Source: Octopus sinensis
Taxonomy: Eukaryota
Direction of reading: 5' to 3'
Assembly: GCF_006345805.1 (NCBI RefSeq)
Contig: NC_043021.1
Span: 23,622,001-23,686,000 of the forward strand
Length of the DNA: 64,000 bases
The notes under the pieces were generated by a model. The model worked only from the letters and a program-made list of their open reading frames with translations. It did no database searches and was not told the origin of the DNA. Positions within the stretch are counted from its first letter, which is position 1. Each line of letters starts with the position of its first letter. This document shows, piece after piece, positions 38,248 through 50,507 of this stretch. The position numbers and the translations under genes were made by a program.

Positions 38248-38405
38248 CACATCAGTCAATTTATTTGCTCTTTCCTTGGCTGTCACACAGTGAGTACGGG
38301 GCCTATTCTTCTTCTTGGGTCCACCACAGGGAAATCTTTTGTGTAAACAATCATAGAACCTGCAGTCCAAATCCTTACTGTATTGCAGGCATTCCTTAGT
38401 GACAG
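38248..38405 (-). CDS. STC: Stanniocalcin-like gene, paralog B, exon 2, (A)VTKECLQYSKDLDCRFYDCLHKRFPCGGPKKKNRPRTHCVTAKERANKLTDV
   Basis: Polypyrimidine acceptor TTTTCTTTTCTCCATTTTTCAG, donor GTG|GTAGGT, 158 nt, phase 1 to phase 0. Five Cys spaced 9,5,7,13, then 14 residues to the exon-3 Gly; human STC1 (recalled) has 9,5,6,9 and 14. Confidence 0.9.
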
Positions 38406-38497
38406 CTGAAAAATGGAGAAAAGAAAAAAAGTAGGATGTTGTTCTTGTTGTTATTGTTGTATTAGAGGTTACTTCTAAAGCGGCGCTGATCAAACAT

Positions 38498-39230
38498 ATA
38501 GGGTGTTCGGGGTAAATTTGACAATTTTTATGTCTTCTGTTTTCGATGAACAACTTAATGTAGTAGTGAACAGTCAACGACGTTGGTGAGCATGTTGAGA
38601 AAAAGTTTACTGATATGGAGGACTGGAAGCCATTTGAACATTAGAGAAGAGTTCCCTGTATATTGACGACTCGTGCCGGGTGTCAGAATACTGACATCAT
38701 GACTTCTGCTCAATGCTCTGTGAACATTATAAAGGCTGAAAGAAGTGACGGACAACTGCAACGGAGATACAAAGACGTGGACGACACAACAAGCGTTCTA
38801 ACTGCGCCAGCACGCCAGAACAGGGCCTTAGGCTCAATTCAGACGGTTATATGAAGCTGCTGGAAACTGTGGTTGAAAATCAGTCTGGGGAGGGTTCTAC
38901 TGAAATGCCATATGTGTGGCCCACAGAATTCGATTCCTTGCCACACCTCCGGAAAGTCTGAAATCGGAGAATCTTTACAACTTTACGACTTCACCAGACC
39001 CAATTTCTGGACTTCTAATTCCCTCAATTTTAATACCATGGATTATTATGTGTGGGGAGCGGTTGAGAAAGATACCATCTGCACCGCCTGTAGCACCATG
39101 GCCGAGCTAGTGACCAAGTTCAAGAAAGTGCTTGAAGATCTTCCCACAGACTCAGTGAGTTGACGCATGCGCTAGGCTTTGGAGTCGTCTTGAGGCCGTG
39201 GTGGAAAGTGAGGGCGACTACTTTGAATAA
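38498..39230 (+). mobile_element. Tc1/mariner transposase relic (DD37D/maT-like)
   Basis: TATAGGGTG start; ..PCHTSG..FW..NS...N.MDYYVWGAVE...RLEAVVESEGDYFE* across frameshifts. Confidence 0.7.
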
Positions 39231-39374
39231 ACCATTATTTCATAGCTAAGGCAACAAAACTATGTAGCATATAGAAGCGAAGACCCAAACTTCTGAATGG
39301 TGTTGGGTGGTGTGCGACAAACACACACAAACACACGCACGCACACACACACATACACATACACATACATAAAC

Positions 39375-39419
<45 letters not shown>

Positions 39420-39447
39420 CATACATACATATATACATATATCTGTA

Positions 39448-39560
<113 letters not shown>

Positions 39561-39873
39561 TAGTGAGCACATTGAGAAATGCGCAAAGCAACTACTGCCA
39601 CAATTTTTAATCTTCCCATTTTACCAATGTGCTTTCGGATCATCAACACAAATGAGACTGAACAAGGAAACATTCTTCATTGAAAAGTACAAACCCAGAC
39701 TCAACCATCCGAACATACTGACACAGAGAAATTAACAAGGAAAAGGGAAAAAAAATTTTTAAGCGATTATCTTCCCTACACCGGAAAAAATCACTCACTA
39801 CCTCCCCTTATTTAGAAATCTCCTGGAAATAAAAACAACGATAATTCCATGCAATATAAACATAACGTCACAA

Positions 39874-39909
39874 GAAATTTGAAAAGCTACACGCGAAACC
39901 GGTAATTTC
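39874..39909 (+). ncRNA. Minimal hammerhead motif, U3-A8 core (5' pLTR copy)
   Basis: GAAAU-UUGAAAA-GC(UACAC)GC-GAAA-CCGG-UA-AUUUC. Confidence 0.65.
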
Positions 39910-40115
39910 TTTAAAAATTTTTTAAATTATGTCATTTTAAGGAAAGGAAAAAAAATTTTTCCAATATTCTCCAGACATTTTTACACAAATATATATATTT
40001 TTTAACATTTAAGCCTTCTGTCGTTTTTTCACACTTTACTATTTTCTTATATATTCACCCACGTGCTTTACCAAACAAACTTTCTTATCTATATATTAAA
40101 CACGCGAGAACGAAA

Positions 40116-41471
40116 ATGCCACAGAAGTCAAACACCTCGGACAAAACCTTAAATGAGGACATACTCAAAGAACTGAAAAATATTAATTCACAGCTTCTTA
40201 ACCTGAACGACAAAATCGAGGAATCAAACTTACTCGCCCGGGAAAGTAAAAGCAATGAAGATGCAACCCGTTACACTGACCAGGTGAGTAAGGATCTACA
40301 ACTGTTATATACAACACTGAACTCAATTTTCATCAACAAATCCGAAAATAATACACAGGCACCTAATGAAACACAGCAGGACACCATACGCACCCAAACC
40401 AACCCAACAAAAAGAAAAATAGGAAACGTTTGGAATACAAACCTGCACAACAGAAAACTCACCTACTGGAACATGATAAAAAATTCCAACAAAGCAGATA
40501 TCTACGAGGGATGGATAAACTCAACACCAATTATCCTCCCACGCAAATTCCAGATAAAATTAATTCCTAACGAGCCTGACGGACAGAGATCTATTAGAGA
40601 AAAGTCAGCTCTGTTCAATTTTAAATCAGAAATAGAGCTTCTAAGACTCAGGGCCTCCACAAATGAAGAAAAACTTAAAAGCATAGACGAGGAGATGCAC
40701 AATCTAATACTAAAATATACCGAGGGACAACCCCTCGATAATACATTGGATCACTGGAAGGATTCCTGTGAGAGAGAAGAGAGAAATTCTCTCCTACGCT
40801 GGGAGAAAAACATGGACTTCTTCCAAAAATATAGTGAAACCTTCAAAAATGAATTGGGTACAAATAATCCCTTCCTTAAGAAAATTACAATAAATAAAAA
40901 AGAAAAACCTAACAACCCACGAACAACCCCCAACTATCCTCCATACACTAAAAACAGAAATCACCCACAACCAACCTTTACAAACCACGCTAGACCTAAC
41001 AGGGAACTAGCTGAAAGAGGACGCGTCTATGAAAGAAATTACACCAAAAACAGAACAAACCAACAACATCCTAATACCAGACCCAACCACCATACAGCAC
41101 AATACGACACTAGGATAAGAAATACACCACACACAAATCACTACTACCCCATGAACCAAAACTACTGGTCCCCACTAAACACAAGACAAACGCAAAGAAA
41201 CACTATGTCAAGCAACATCCCACATACAAGAAGTTCGAAACAAAAATATTCCCCATACAGAAATTTTACACACACCACAAGCATTAACAACCATAGATTC
41301 CCCCACACACACAACGATCGGAGGCAACAATACCACCACTCCCCCGACCAAATACCACACAACCTCACAGACAACTCATACAAACAAAATTACACCCAAC
41401 ATTTTTTAGCCAGGGACCAGGGACACCAGGACACAGGCTGGAACCTAGTAATAAGGAAAAACCGAAGATAA
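40116..41471 (+). CDS. Intact 451-aa N-terminal ORF of the PLE (coiled coil, conserved W..NL..RK..YW..ILPRKF domain, basic N/H/R-rich tail)
   Basis: Uninterrupted ORF starting 61 nt after the 5' pLTR; homologous to 45363-46347. Confidence 0.8.
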   Translation: MPQKSNTSDKTLNEDILKELKNINSQLLNLNDKIEESNLLARESKSNEDATRYTDQVSKDLQLLYTTLNSIFINKSENNTQAPNETQQDTIRTQTNPTKRKIGNVWNTNLHNRKLTYWNMIKNSNKADIYEGWINSTPIILPRKFQIKLIPNEPDGQRSIREKSALFNFKSEIELLRLRASTNEEKLKSIDEEMHNLILKYTEGQPLDNTLDHWKDSCEREERNSLLRWEKNMDFFQKYSETFKNELGTNNPFLKKITINKKEKPNNPRTTPNYPPYTKNRNHPQPTFTNHARPNRELAERGRVYERNYTKNRTNQQHPNTRPNHHTAQYDTRIRNTPHTNHYYPMNQNYWSPLNTRQTQRNTMSSNIPHTRSSKQKYSPYRNFTHTTSINNHRFPHTHNDRRQQYHHSPDQIPHNLTDNSYKQNYTQHFLARDQGHQDTGWNLVIRKNRR

Positions 41472-43866
41472 TCAATCTTTCAACCAAACCTCTTTCTAAC
41501 ATAAAAATTGACATCCTCGCAAAAGGGCTCAAATTTACACCAACTCCACGCAGAGCAAACCTAAATGAACTCAAGGATAATATAACAGAATTTTGCAGAA
41601 AATTAAGACTAGCAGAAGCATCAAACAGTTTCAATACTGAAGATGAATCACTAGTCAAGAACAAAAGTGAACACATCCCACACAGAGGAAGAAATAAAGA
41701 TCTTGACGAATTCTGTAACCACATTGAGAACTTCCCCTACCATACTATACATAAACAGAAAGCTAACCCAAATTTTAACACTACACAATGGAAAGAACTG
41801 ATAGAACTCCAAAATGATGAAGATATAACCATTAAGGAAGCGGACAAGGGAAATGCAGTTGTAATAATGGATACATCATACTACAGAAATCTTGTAATTT
41901 CCTTGCTTGATGAAGACCTACATTATGAAAAAATTACCAACTACACCCCACAAAAAATAATGAAAACTCTATCTTCACTAATTAAAACCCATGAAAAGGA
42001 ACTGACAACCAAAGAGATTGATTTCCTAACAAACTTTAAATGCAAACCTAGCCTTTTCTATGGTCTGCCAAAAATTCATAAAATCAAATTATAAATGAAA
42101 CCATTAAAAAATCACCAAAGACATACATACACACACCTAATCCGGGGACCTAAAACTACGACCCATTGTAGCTGGCCCAACCTGTGAAACACACAGACTA
42201 AGTCTACTTATGGACATCCTCTTGAAACCCTTCCTTAAACATATCGATAGCCATATCAGAGATGACTTAGATATGTTAAACCACCTCCCAAAAAAAACCA
42301 AGGAAGAAACAATCCTGGTTTCATTTGATGTAGTCAACTTGTATACCAGTATTCCTCATAATTATGGACTGGAGGCAATACAATTCTGGTTAGACCAATT
42401 TCCGGAAGAAATACCAAAAAGGATCAGTAAGGAATTCATTACTAAATCAATTGAATTCATCCTACACAATAACCACTTCATGTTTGACAATACATTTTAC
42501 CGTCAAAAATCCGGAATTGCTATGGGTACAAGGGCAGCACCAGTCATTGCGAACTTAACAATGGGATACATGGAAATAATCATTTACCAGGAATCTCTAT
42601 CAATCTTTGGAAACTCCCTCTCTCAATACATAAAAGAGAATTGGAAACGATTCCTAGACGATTGTTTCATTCTCTGGAATGAAAACATAGATAAACTCCT
42701 AAAATTTAAAAACCTATTGAACAGCATAAACCCAAATATACAGTTCACAATGGAATACAACCAAAAGGAGCTCCCGTTCTTGGATATACTAATTAAAAAA
42801 ATTAACCTTAAAATAGAAACAGACATTTTTACAAAGCCACAGACGCCAAACAATACCTTCTTTTTAATTCATGCCACCCAAGACACACTAAAACAAACAT
42901 CCCCTTCAACCTTGCAAGAAGGATATGCACAATAGTGTCAGAACAAAATACCAGGAACTTTAGACTGCAAGAACTCAAAAACACCCTAATTGACAGACAT
43001 TACCCAGCTCAACTCATAGAGGATGGGATCAGACGTGCAACAGAAATCAACATAGAAACTTTAAGAAAAGTTCAACACAACAACACACCTTCCCCGAAAA
43101 TACTACCTTACATATCTACATACAACCCCAGAAACAAAGAAGCCTTCACCATCATCACCCAGAATTTACCAATACTTCATAAAAACCCAAAATTAAAGGA
43201 AATTCTAAACACACACCAAATCATTAAAAGCTACAAACAGCCTAAATCACTTAAAAAGATTCTCACAAAGGCAAAATTGTCTTCTAAAATTACGGATGCA
43301 AAAGTAAAAAAATGTGGTAGATCGAACTGTGCAACATGTCCTAACCTATTGGAAGGATCAGAATTCTTCTTTAAAGAGGGACAGAAATTTAAGATCAAAT
43401 CTAACTTTACTTGTGCCTCTGAAAACATAATTTATGTTATTAAATGCTCGGGCTGCCACCAAGACTACGTGGGTTCCACGGGACTATCACTCAGGCCCAG
43501 ATGCACACTGCATCGACAACAGATTGCATTCCCAGAATATAGAATGATACCTTTTAGTGAGCACATTGAGAAATGCGCAAAGCAACTACTGCCACAATTT
43601 TTAATCTTCCCATTTTACCAATGTGCTTTCGGATCATCAACACAAATGAGACTGAACAAGGAAACATTCTTCATTGAAAAGTACAAACCCAGACTCAACC
43701 ATCCGAACATACTGACACAGAGAAATTAACAAGGAAAAGGGAAAAAAATTTTTAAGCGATTATCTCCCCTACACCGGAAAACATCACTCACTACCTCCCC
43801 TTATTTAGAAATCTCCTGGAAATAAAAACAACGATAATTCCATGCAATATAAACATAACGTCACAA

Positions 43867-43902
43867 GAAATTTGAAAAGCTACACGCGAAACCGGTAATT
43901 TC
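43867..43902 (+). ncRNA. Minimal hammerhead motif, U3-A8 core (3' pLTR copy)
   Basis: Identical to 39874-39909, 3993 nt downstream. Confidence 0.65.
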
Positions 43903-44038
43903 TTTAAAAAATTTTTAAATTATGTCATTTTAAGGAAAGGAAAAAAAATTTTTCCAATATTCTCCAGACATTTTTACACAAATATATATATTTTTTAACA
44001 TTTAAGCCTTCTGTCGTTTTTTCACACTTTACTATTTT

Positions 44039-44106
<68 letters not shown>

Positions 44107-44257
44107 TGGTAAAATAGAAAGATGAATAATCTTGTTGCAGATTAATCAAAAGTTTAACCGATACCTTGGTAGCAAAAATCACAGCAGAAGAAAGCACGGT
44201 TGGAGATAAAACCATTTGGTTTTGCAACCGTGCGTTGGTGCGGATAATTGAATTTTA

Positions 44258-44377
44258 ATATTATTAGTGAATTGAAGAAATGGAGTTGAACGAAGATTGA
44301 ACAGAATTCCTTTATTCCTTTTATAAAAGGAATTCTGTTCAATCTTCGTTCAACTCCATTTCTTCAATTCACTAATA

Positions 44378-44381
<4 letters not shown>
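44258..44381. repeat. Perfect 56-bp inverted repeat with a 12-nt loop
   Basis: 44258-44313 is the exact reverse complement of 44326-44381. Confidence 0.9.
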
Positions 44382-44471
<90 letters not shown>

Positions 44472-45115
44472 ATAAAAGGAATTCCAACCTTGTCTGATTT
44501 TCACGTTTTATTTACAATCTTATAATGATATAATATAAGATAATATAATATAATAGAATAAAATAAAATAGTAGAATGTTAAATGTTCCTTCTGATTGAA
44601 CTAGTACTTTCATGCATTAAATTATGCAGTCTTTGGATTCATGTAGTAGTGGTGACAGTCATGCTTCACAATTTTTGACTGTAGCGAGATGGTTAAATCT
44701 GTGCCTTAAATACACCTGTGTGGGCTCCAGATTGCTAGGTTTTGCAAACTGTATTCTGACCAATCAGTGTGTAACATCACTCAATTACTTAAGCTGATTG
44801 GTTGGTTTAGGCGTCACGCTTTGTTGAACATGTCAAGAGTCCTGTATCTTAACCCTGGCCGAGGCAGCAATTGTTGGGCTATTTTTAGAAATGTTGTAAA
44901 TAGCCTTTGTCAGGGATTTTTATATTTCAAATGTCATCATCATCATTGTCAGCACCTTAATTATTGTTGCTAGTGGTGTTGGTGGTGGCAATAGAACTTT
45001 TAACCCTAAATAAGATAATTTTCCTGCTATCTTCATCTTGATCACCTTTAGTATTGTTGTTGTTGTTAGTGGTCATGGTCGTAGCAGTAGAAGTAGTACC
45101 TCTAAGTATTATTAT

Positions 45116-48100
45116 TATTGCTTATTTAGCTTGGGTTCGAATTTATCAATAAAATTCTTTTCTCTGATTTTCCTCTCGATTTCACTTGGGCTGTGTAATT
45201 TGTAGAATGGAAATAATATATATATTTTCCGACCACATGTTGCTAGGTGGTTACTCAACGGTATCTGACAGACCTCTGGTTCTCTAATCTGTTGTCGGTG
45301 TACCCGTGAGCGTTCTGATAGTGTATTTCTCGTCTGACCTACATATATTTCTTCACAATACGGAAGACATGGAAAAAACTTAACATAAGAAAACAAAACT
45401 TCTGGAAGGCATATAAATGCAAAAAATATGCTGAAATACATTCGAAATGGATATCTTTAGCGGCACCCATACTTCCTCGGAAGTACCTAATTAATGAAAT
45501 TGCAGGAGAACCAGAAGAAGAAACATAACTTCGATGGGATCTTAGTTTGATAAAATTCAGGACCGACATCTCCATTACCCTGTCTAAACAATCCCGCTAC
45601 AAAGCCAAATACGAAGCTATCGATGATCAAATCAGAGACGAAATATCCAAACTAACGACCGGCAATATAGCAGAAAAAATGCGAGAACTATGGACCAGAG
45701 ATATCTCAAAAGAAGAAAGCAGATCAAGAATGTCTTGGCAGCGGAAACAATTATTTCTCGACAAATATGCTACAAATTACGGTAAAGACACCAGAACTCT
45801 GAGAAATAGCATTAAAAGTGGACAACCTCACCAACGCAACATACGCCAGAACACGTGGCAACATGAACACCCGTTTCACCACGAATCGAAGACGAACTAC
45901 GGTAAGAACTCTTCCCTTTTTGTATGCAAACACCCTAATGCACACAACATGAACAAAAAGCACAAACAAAATAGATACTCCTCTGATCAGACCATTAGCA
46001 GTAGAAATAACAGGAGATCATTTTCAAGACCTCAACAGAGATTACCCACAAGAAACTGGACAAAAAAACGATCTAGATCTGGAAGTAAACCCAGATCATT
46101 TCCCCAGGAGGTTAAAAACAATACTAACAAGAAATTGAAAAATAATATACATAATACCAAAAACAAGACAGAAAACATAACGAAACCAAGTAAAATACCA
46201 CAACCAAAACGCAAAATTCATCAAGCAAACATCAACAGGAATATAAATCATAACCAGAAAAAAATCCATTTTTTTACGTCAGGACAACAAACACCGGAGA
46301 AAGAAAAAATCCAAGAGGAAACATACCCAAAACAACTGAACGTATAGATCCTAAAATAATTAATTTATCAAAAAGAGATCTTGACAATGATGAAATCCAA
46401 CTTCTGTCAAAAGGACTGAAATTCACACCTACACCAACAGCCAGCCACCAAGAATTAAAGGAGGATATCCAAAAATTCTGTCGAAAATTACGACTTGTAG
46501 AATTCTTTGCTAACAAAAGTAATGATATTGATGAACCCCTAGTAAGGAATAAATCAAATTTCACCCCACCAAAAGGAAGAAATAACTACCTTGACCAATA
46601 CATTGATATCCTGTCTAAATTTCCCCATAGACGCAATACCAATGTTAGGCCAAACATTAACAAATCAAACAATAATAATTAAACAAGCAGATAAAGGTGG
46701 TGCAATTGTTATTATGGATACCGAATACTATAAGGATTTGGTTGAGGACCAACTGAAGGACACAACCTTCTATTGTGAAATACCCTCAAATATAGACCGC
46801 CACATCATGAAAAAGATCACCAACCTGATTTCAAAACACTACAACTCACTTACCGATAATGAAAGAGACTGCATCACCAATTTCGAACCAAAACCCAGCA
46901 ACTTCTACGGCTTACCGAAAATACATAAATCAAAATATATTCAACATGCAGTAAAAGAACAAGGAAGTGAGTACATAAAATTACTACATCCAAAAGACCT
47001 AAAACTTAGACCTATTATAGCTGGTCCAGCATGCCCTACCCACAGTCTAAGCAATTTTATTGACATTGTTTTGAAACCACTATGTACTTACATACCCAGT
47101 TTCATCAGGGATGACATCAACTTCCTGTCCCATCTTCCCAAAACAACAGAAACAAATTCAGTTTTACTAAGTTTTGATGTGGTAAGCCTCTACACCAATA
47201 TTCCACACGATTTAGGAATAAAGGCGATTAAATACTGGTTAGAAAAACATAGAGAAGTGATTCCCAGCAGATTCACAGTGCCATTTATATTAGACACAGT
47301 CAAACTTATTCTAGAAAACAACACATTCTTCTTCAATGGAAAGAATTACATCCAAATTAGAGGCACGGCGATGGGAACGAGGTTTGCTCCCGTTTACGCC
47401 AACTCTGTAATGGGATACTTAGAACAACAACTCTACCAAGAGGTGGAGGTAAACTATGGCACTGGATTTAGAAAGTATATTGAAAAGGCATGGAAGAGAT
47501 ACCTTGACGACTGCTTCATAATCTGGACAGAATCTCTAAATACTCTGGAAGAGTTCAATATCCTCCTGAACAACCTACACCCATCTCTCCAATTTACAAA
47601 GGAGATGAGTAGTACCAAATTACCATTCCTAGATATAATGGTAATTAAAAAGGACACCACCATCACCACAGATATATACTATAAACACACAGACACACAT
47701 CAATACCTGAATTTTAAGTCGTGCCATCCACCCCATACAAAACGCAACATCCCATACTGCCTAGCCAGAAGAATTTGTACCATTGTAGAAGATGCAAATA
47801 TCAGGAACAAACGCCTAACAGAACTAAGAGAATTTTTGCTCAAACAAAAATACCCATCTCTACTTATAGAAAATGGCATACAGCGGGCTATAAAAATACC
47901 CATACAACAACTTAGGACAACCCAAGGAAGAGGAAAACAAGAACAAGTCATACCATTCATAATGACACACAACCCATGTCACCAGAATATCTTCAACATT
48001 GCCAAAGCAAACCTACCAATCATTGCTCAAAGTAATGAATTAAAATATATAACCACGGATCGAGCTATGGTTCTTAGTAAAACTTGAAAAAATTACTAAC

Positions 48101-48651
48101 AAAGGCAAAATTTGACCTTAGCAAAAAAGACCAAACATTCACTGTATCTAAATGCAATGATAGCCGATGTGGCACATGCCAATTCATACATACCGGCCAA
48201 TATATAAACACAAAAACCTATGGAAGCAGCAAACACTAAGTCATGAGCACAATTAAGTACCCCAAATACATCCAAAATAGAAATACTCCAGCCCATTCGA
48301 GACACGTGCGATTTGAACTGAGGCCCTCACAGAGTGAGAGAGTCCGGAAGTGAACGCTTAAATTTATTTCTAATGTAGGATAAAATTTTTTTCGAAAAAC
48401 ATTTCTTTTCAAAAAAATTTTATCAATTTTATTTCTTTTGCCATAAGTATCACTGACGAAGGGAGGGCTGTTATGAGCTAACCCTGAAATCGGTCCGATA
48501 TGGTAATAATGGAATTTTTTAGAAATTTCTGTCGACCTTTTTTCGAGTAGCGTGCGTATTGTGAAAAAATTATATGGTTAATGGACAATATGTCCAATTT
48601 TTCAGCATATTTGGCATTAGAAATTTTTTCGTTTGCCCTTATTTATGAATT

Positions 48652-48655
<4 letters not shown>
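45116..48655 (+). mobile_element. Penelope-like element with a 5' inverted GIY-YIG segment (45116-45362, minus) and forward N-ORF + RT (45363-48220)
   Basis: Minus: CEEIYVGQT..L..R..VHRQQI..LSNHL..C. Plus: ADKGG, YGLPKIHK, SFDVVSLYTNI, GTAMGT, RYLDDCF, LNFKSCHP. Confidence 0.9.
48447..48505 (+). ncRNA. Type I hammerhead ribozyme in the PLE 3' UTR
   Basis: UAUCA-CUGACGA-AGGG.AG.GGCU(GUUAUG)AGCU.AA.CCCU-GAAA-UCGG(U)CCGA-UA-UGGUA; canonical core, AUA triplet. Confidence 0.78.
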
Positions 48656-48682
<27 letters not shown>

Positions 48683-50345
48683 CTAGCAGTATCGCCCGGC
48701 GTTGCTCGGGTTTGTTTCGACCCGCTGGAATTGTAATTTTGAAAAGTAAAAATTTTGTGAACATTTTTCTGGTCGAAATACACCGAAAAGTGGCGACACA
48801 GCAGTGAAAAAATCGTAAAAAGTAGGGATTTTCATAGAAAAAAGCATCTTTTTGATGTAAATAATTTTTGGTGTTAACATGGTCCGATTTGAATTTTATG
48901 TTCTACGGAAGGAAGAGCAACCCTTCTTCTACCATACTCTCAATTTTGGTCAACTTGCGCCGCAGGGTCTCAGAGGAGATAGTGTTAGTTGAAGGTTACC
49001 ATTCTAGGTGCCTGAGTAACAACCTCGCGGATTTACAGATAAATGAATTAATTACTATTTTACAGAATAAAATTAAATAATTCTTGAAAATTAATTAATA
49101 TTAATATTTTTTGAACAAAGTAAATAATTTTTAAAACTTAAATAATAATTTTTTTTACACAAACGCGAACGGGGAAAAGGGGGTGGCGAATTCGATTTAC
49201 ATACCTAAATTTTTTCTTTTTCATGACATTGTAGCAAAATAGTAGTGAATTATATAAATACCAGCAGTACATTTTTTTTTCTGGGGTATTTTTTTTCAAC
49301 CTCGTCACATATTTGCCCCTTTCAATTTAAACAAAGTCTTAATTAAGCAATTACGGCAGCTTAGCAATGGTTTCAATACAGGCGTGACATGTGTATCTCA
49401 ATTGTTCAAAACCCTTCGAATTTTTTCGCACGTGATGATATCATAGTGAAAACTTTCAATTACGCGCGCTTAGAAGTACGCTCGCAAATTAATACTACCA
49501 AAATTTTGAAGTTCGCGCTCCGCTTGTGTGTGTGTGTGTGTGCGTGCTTTAGGTGTACGTAGGTATGTGTTTTTGTGTGTGTGTGTCACTGAAGCCATAC
49601 ATACATATATACATACATAACCTCTCTCTCTCTTTTCTCTCTCAGTCACTCACTACAAAAAGTGAATTAAAAAAGTTGAGTTATTTCTGTCTTTCACTCT
49701 GTCTGTCTCTTTACACACACTAACAAAAGCACTTCACTTACACACCACACTTTCTGTGTCGCACAACCCATCAAACACACACACACACACACACTCACGC
49801 ACGCACACATGTACATCAATGCTTTCGGAGTGAAATGTTAAAATATTGAGTTTTCTCGAATTTTGTCTTAATTGGGGGTGAAATTGAAAGAAATATATTA
49901 TGGCATGAGCGAATGGAGTACTTTGAAAAATCTTAGGTAAACTCTAATTGAAGAAATTGTGTGAGGAGTAAATCGTTATGTATTTATTTGTTTCTGTTTG
50001 CTGTGTTTTTTTATTTTTTGAGTAGTGGTTTAAATACTTTCAGTTTAGTCTTCCTCAAATCACTCTGTCGCTATTTACTTTCATTTTATTCGTTGCACAC
50101 TGTGTGTGTGTGCGTGTGCGTGTGGTGTAAACCACATTAAGAAAAGCATTTGACATACACACCAGAATGTGAGTTTTCTGTAAATTTTGCTTAATTGGAG
50201 TTTAAATTTTAAAAACTGGACCTGGCATGACCCGATGCATTCTACTCTTAAAAATGCTAGGTAAATTGTAATTGAAGAAATCCTATATTGTAGATTTCTA
50301 TAAGTTACAAAGGGAGGCAGATAAAATCTGCCTTTTATAATAAGA
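48683..50345 (-). mobile_element. Non-autonomous Helitron-like element
   Basis: 5' A|TCTTATTATAAAAGGCAG, 3' hairpin CCCG-AGCAACGC-CGGG followed by CTAG|T, in (TA)n. Confidence 0.75.
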
Positions 50346-50468
50346 TATATATATATATCAAAAGGATGTGTTGTAATACTATTCTACATATACAAAATCA
50401 GCCATACCAACAGTCCAACATACCTCCATCATCAGCTGCCTCTCGAATATCATTATAATTACATGTGC

Positions 50469-50507
<39 letters not shown>

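Noticed and set aside
44767-44973. 68-aa ORF with His/Cys runs
   Set aside because: Low-complexity (CAT)n sequence with no homology or splice support.
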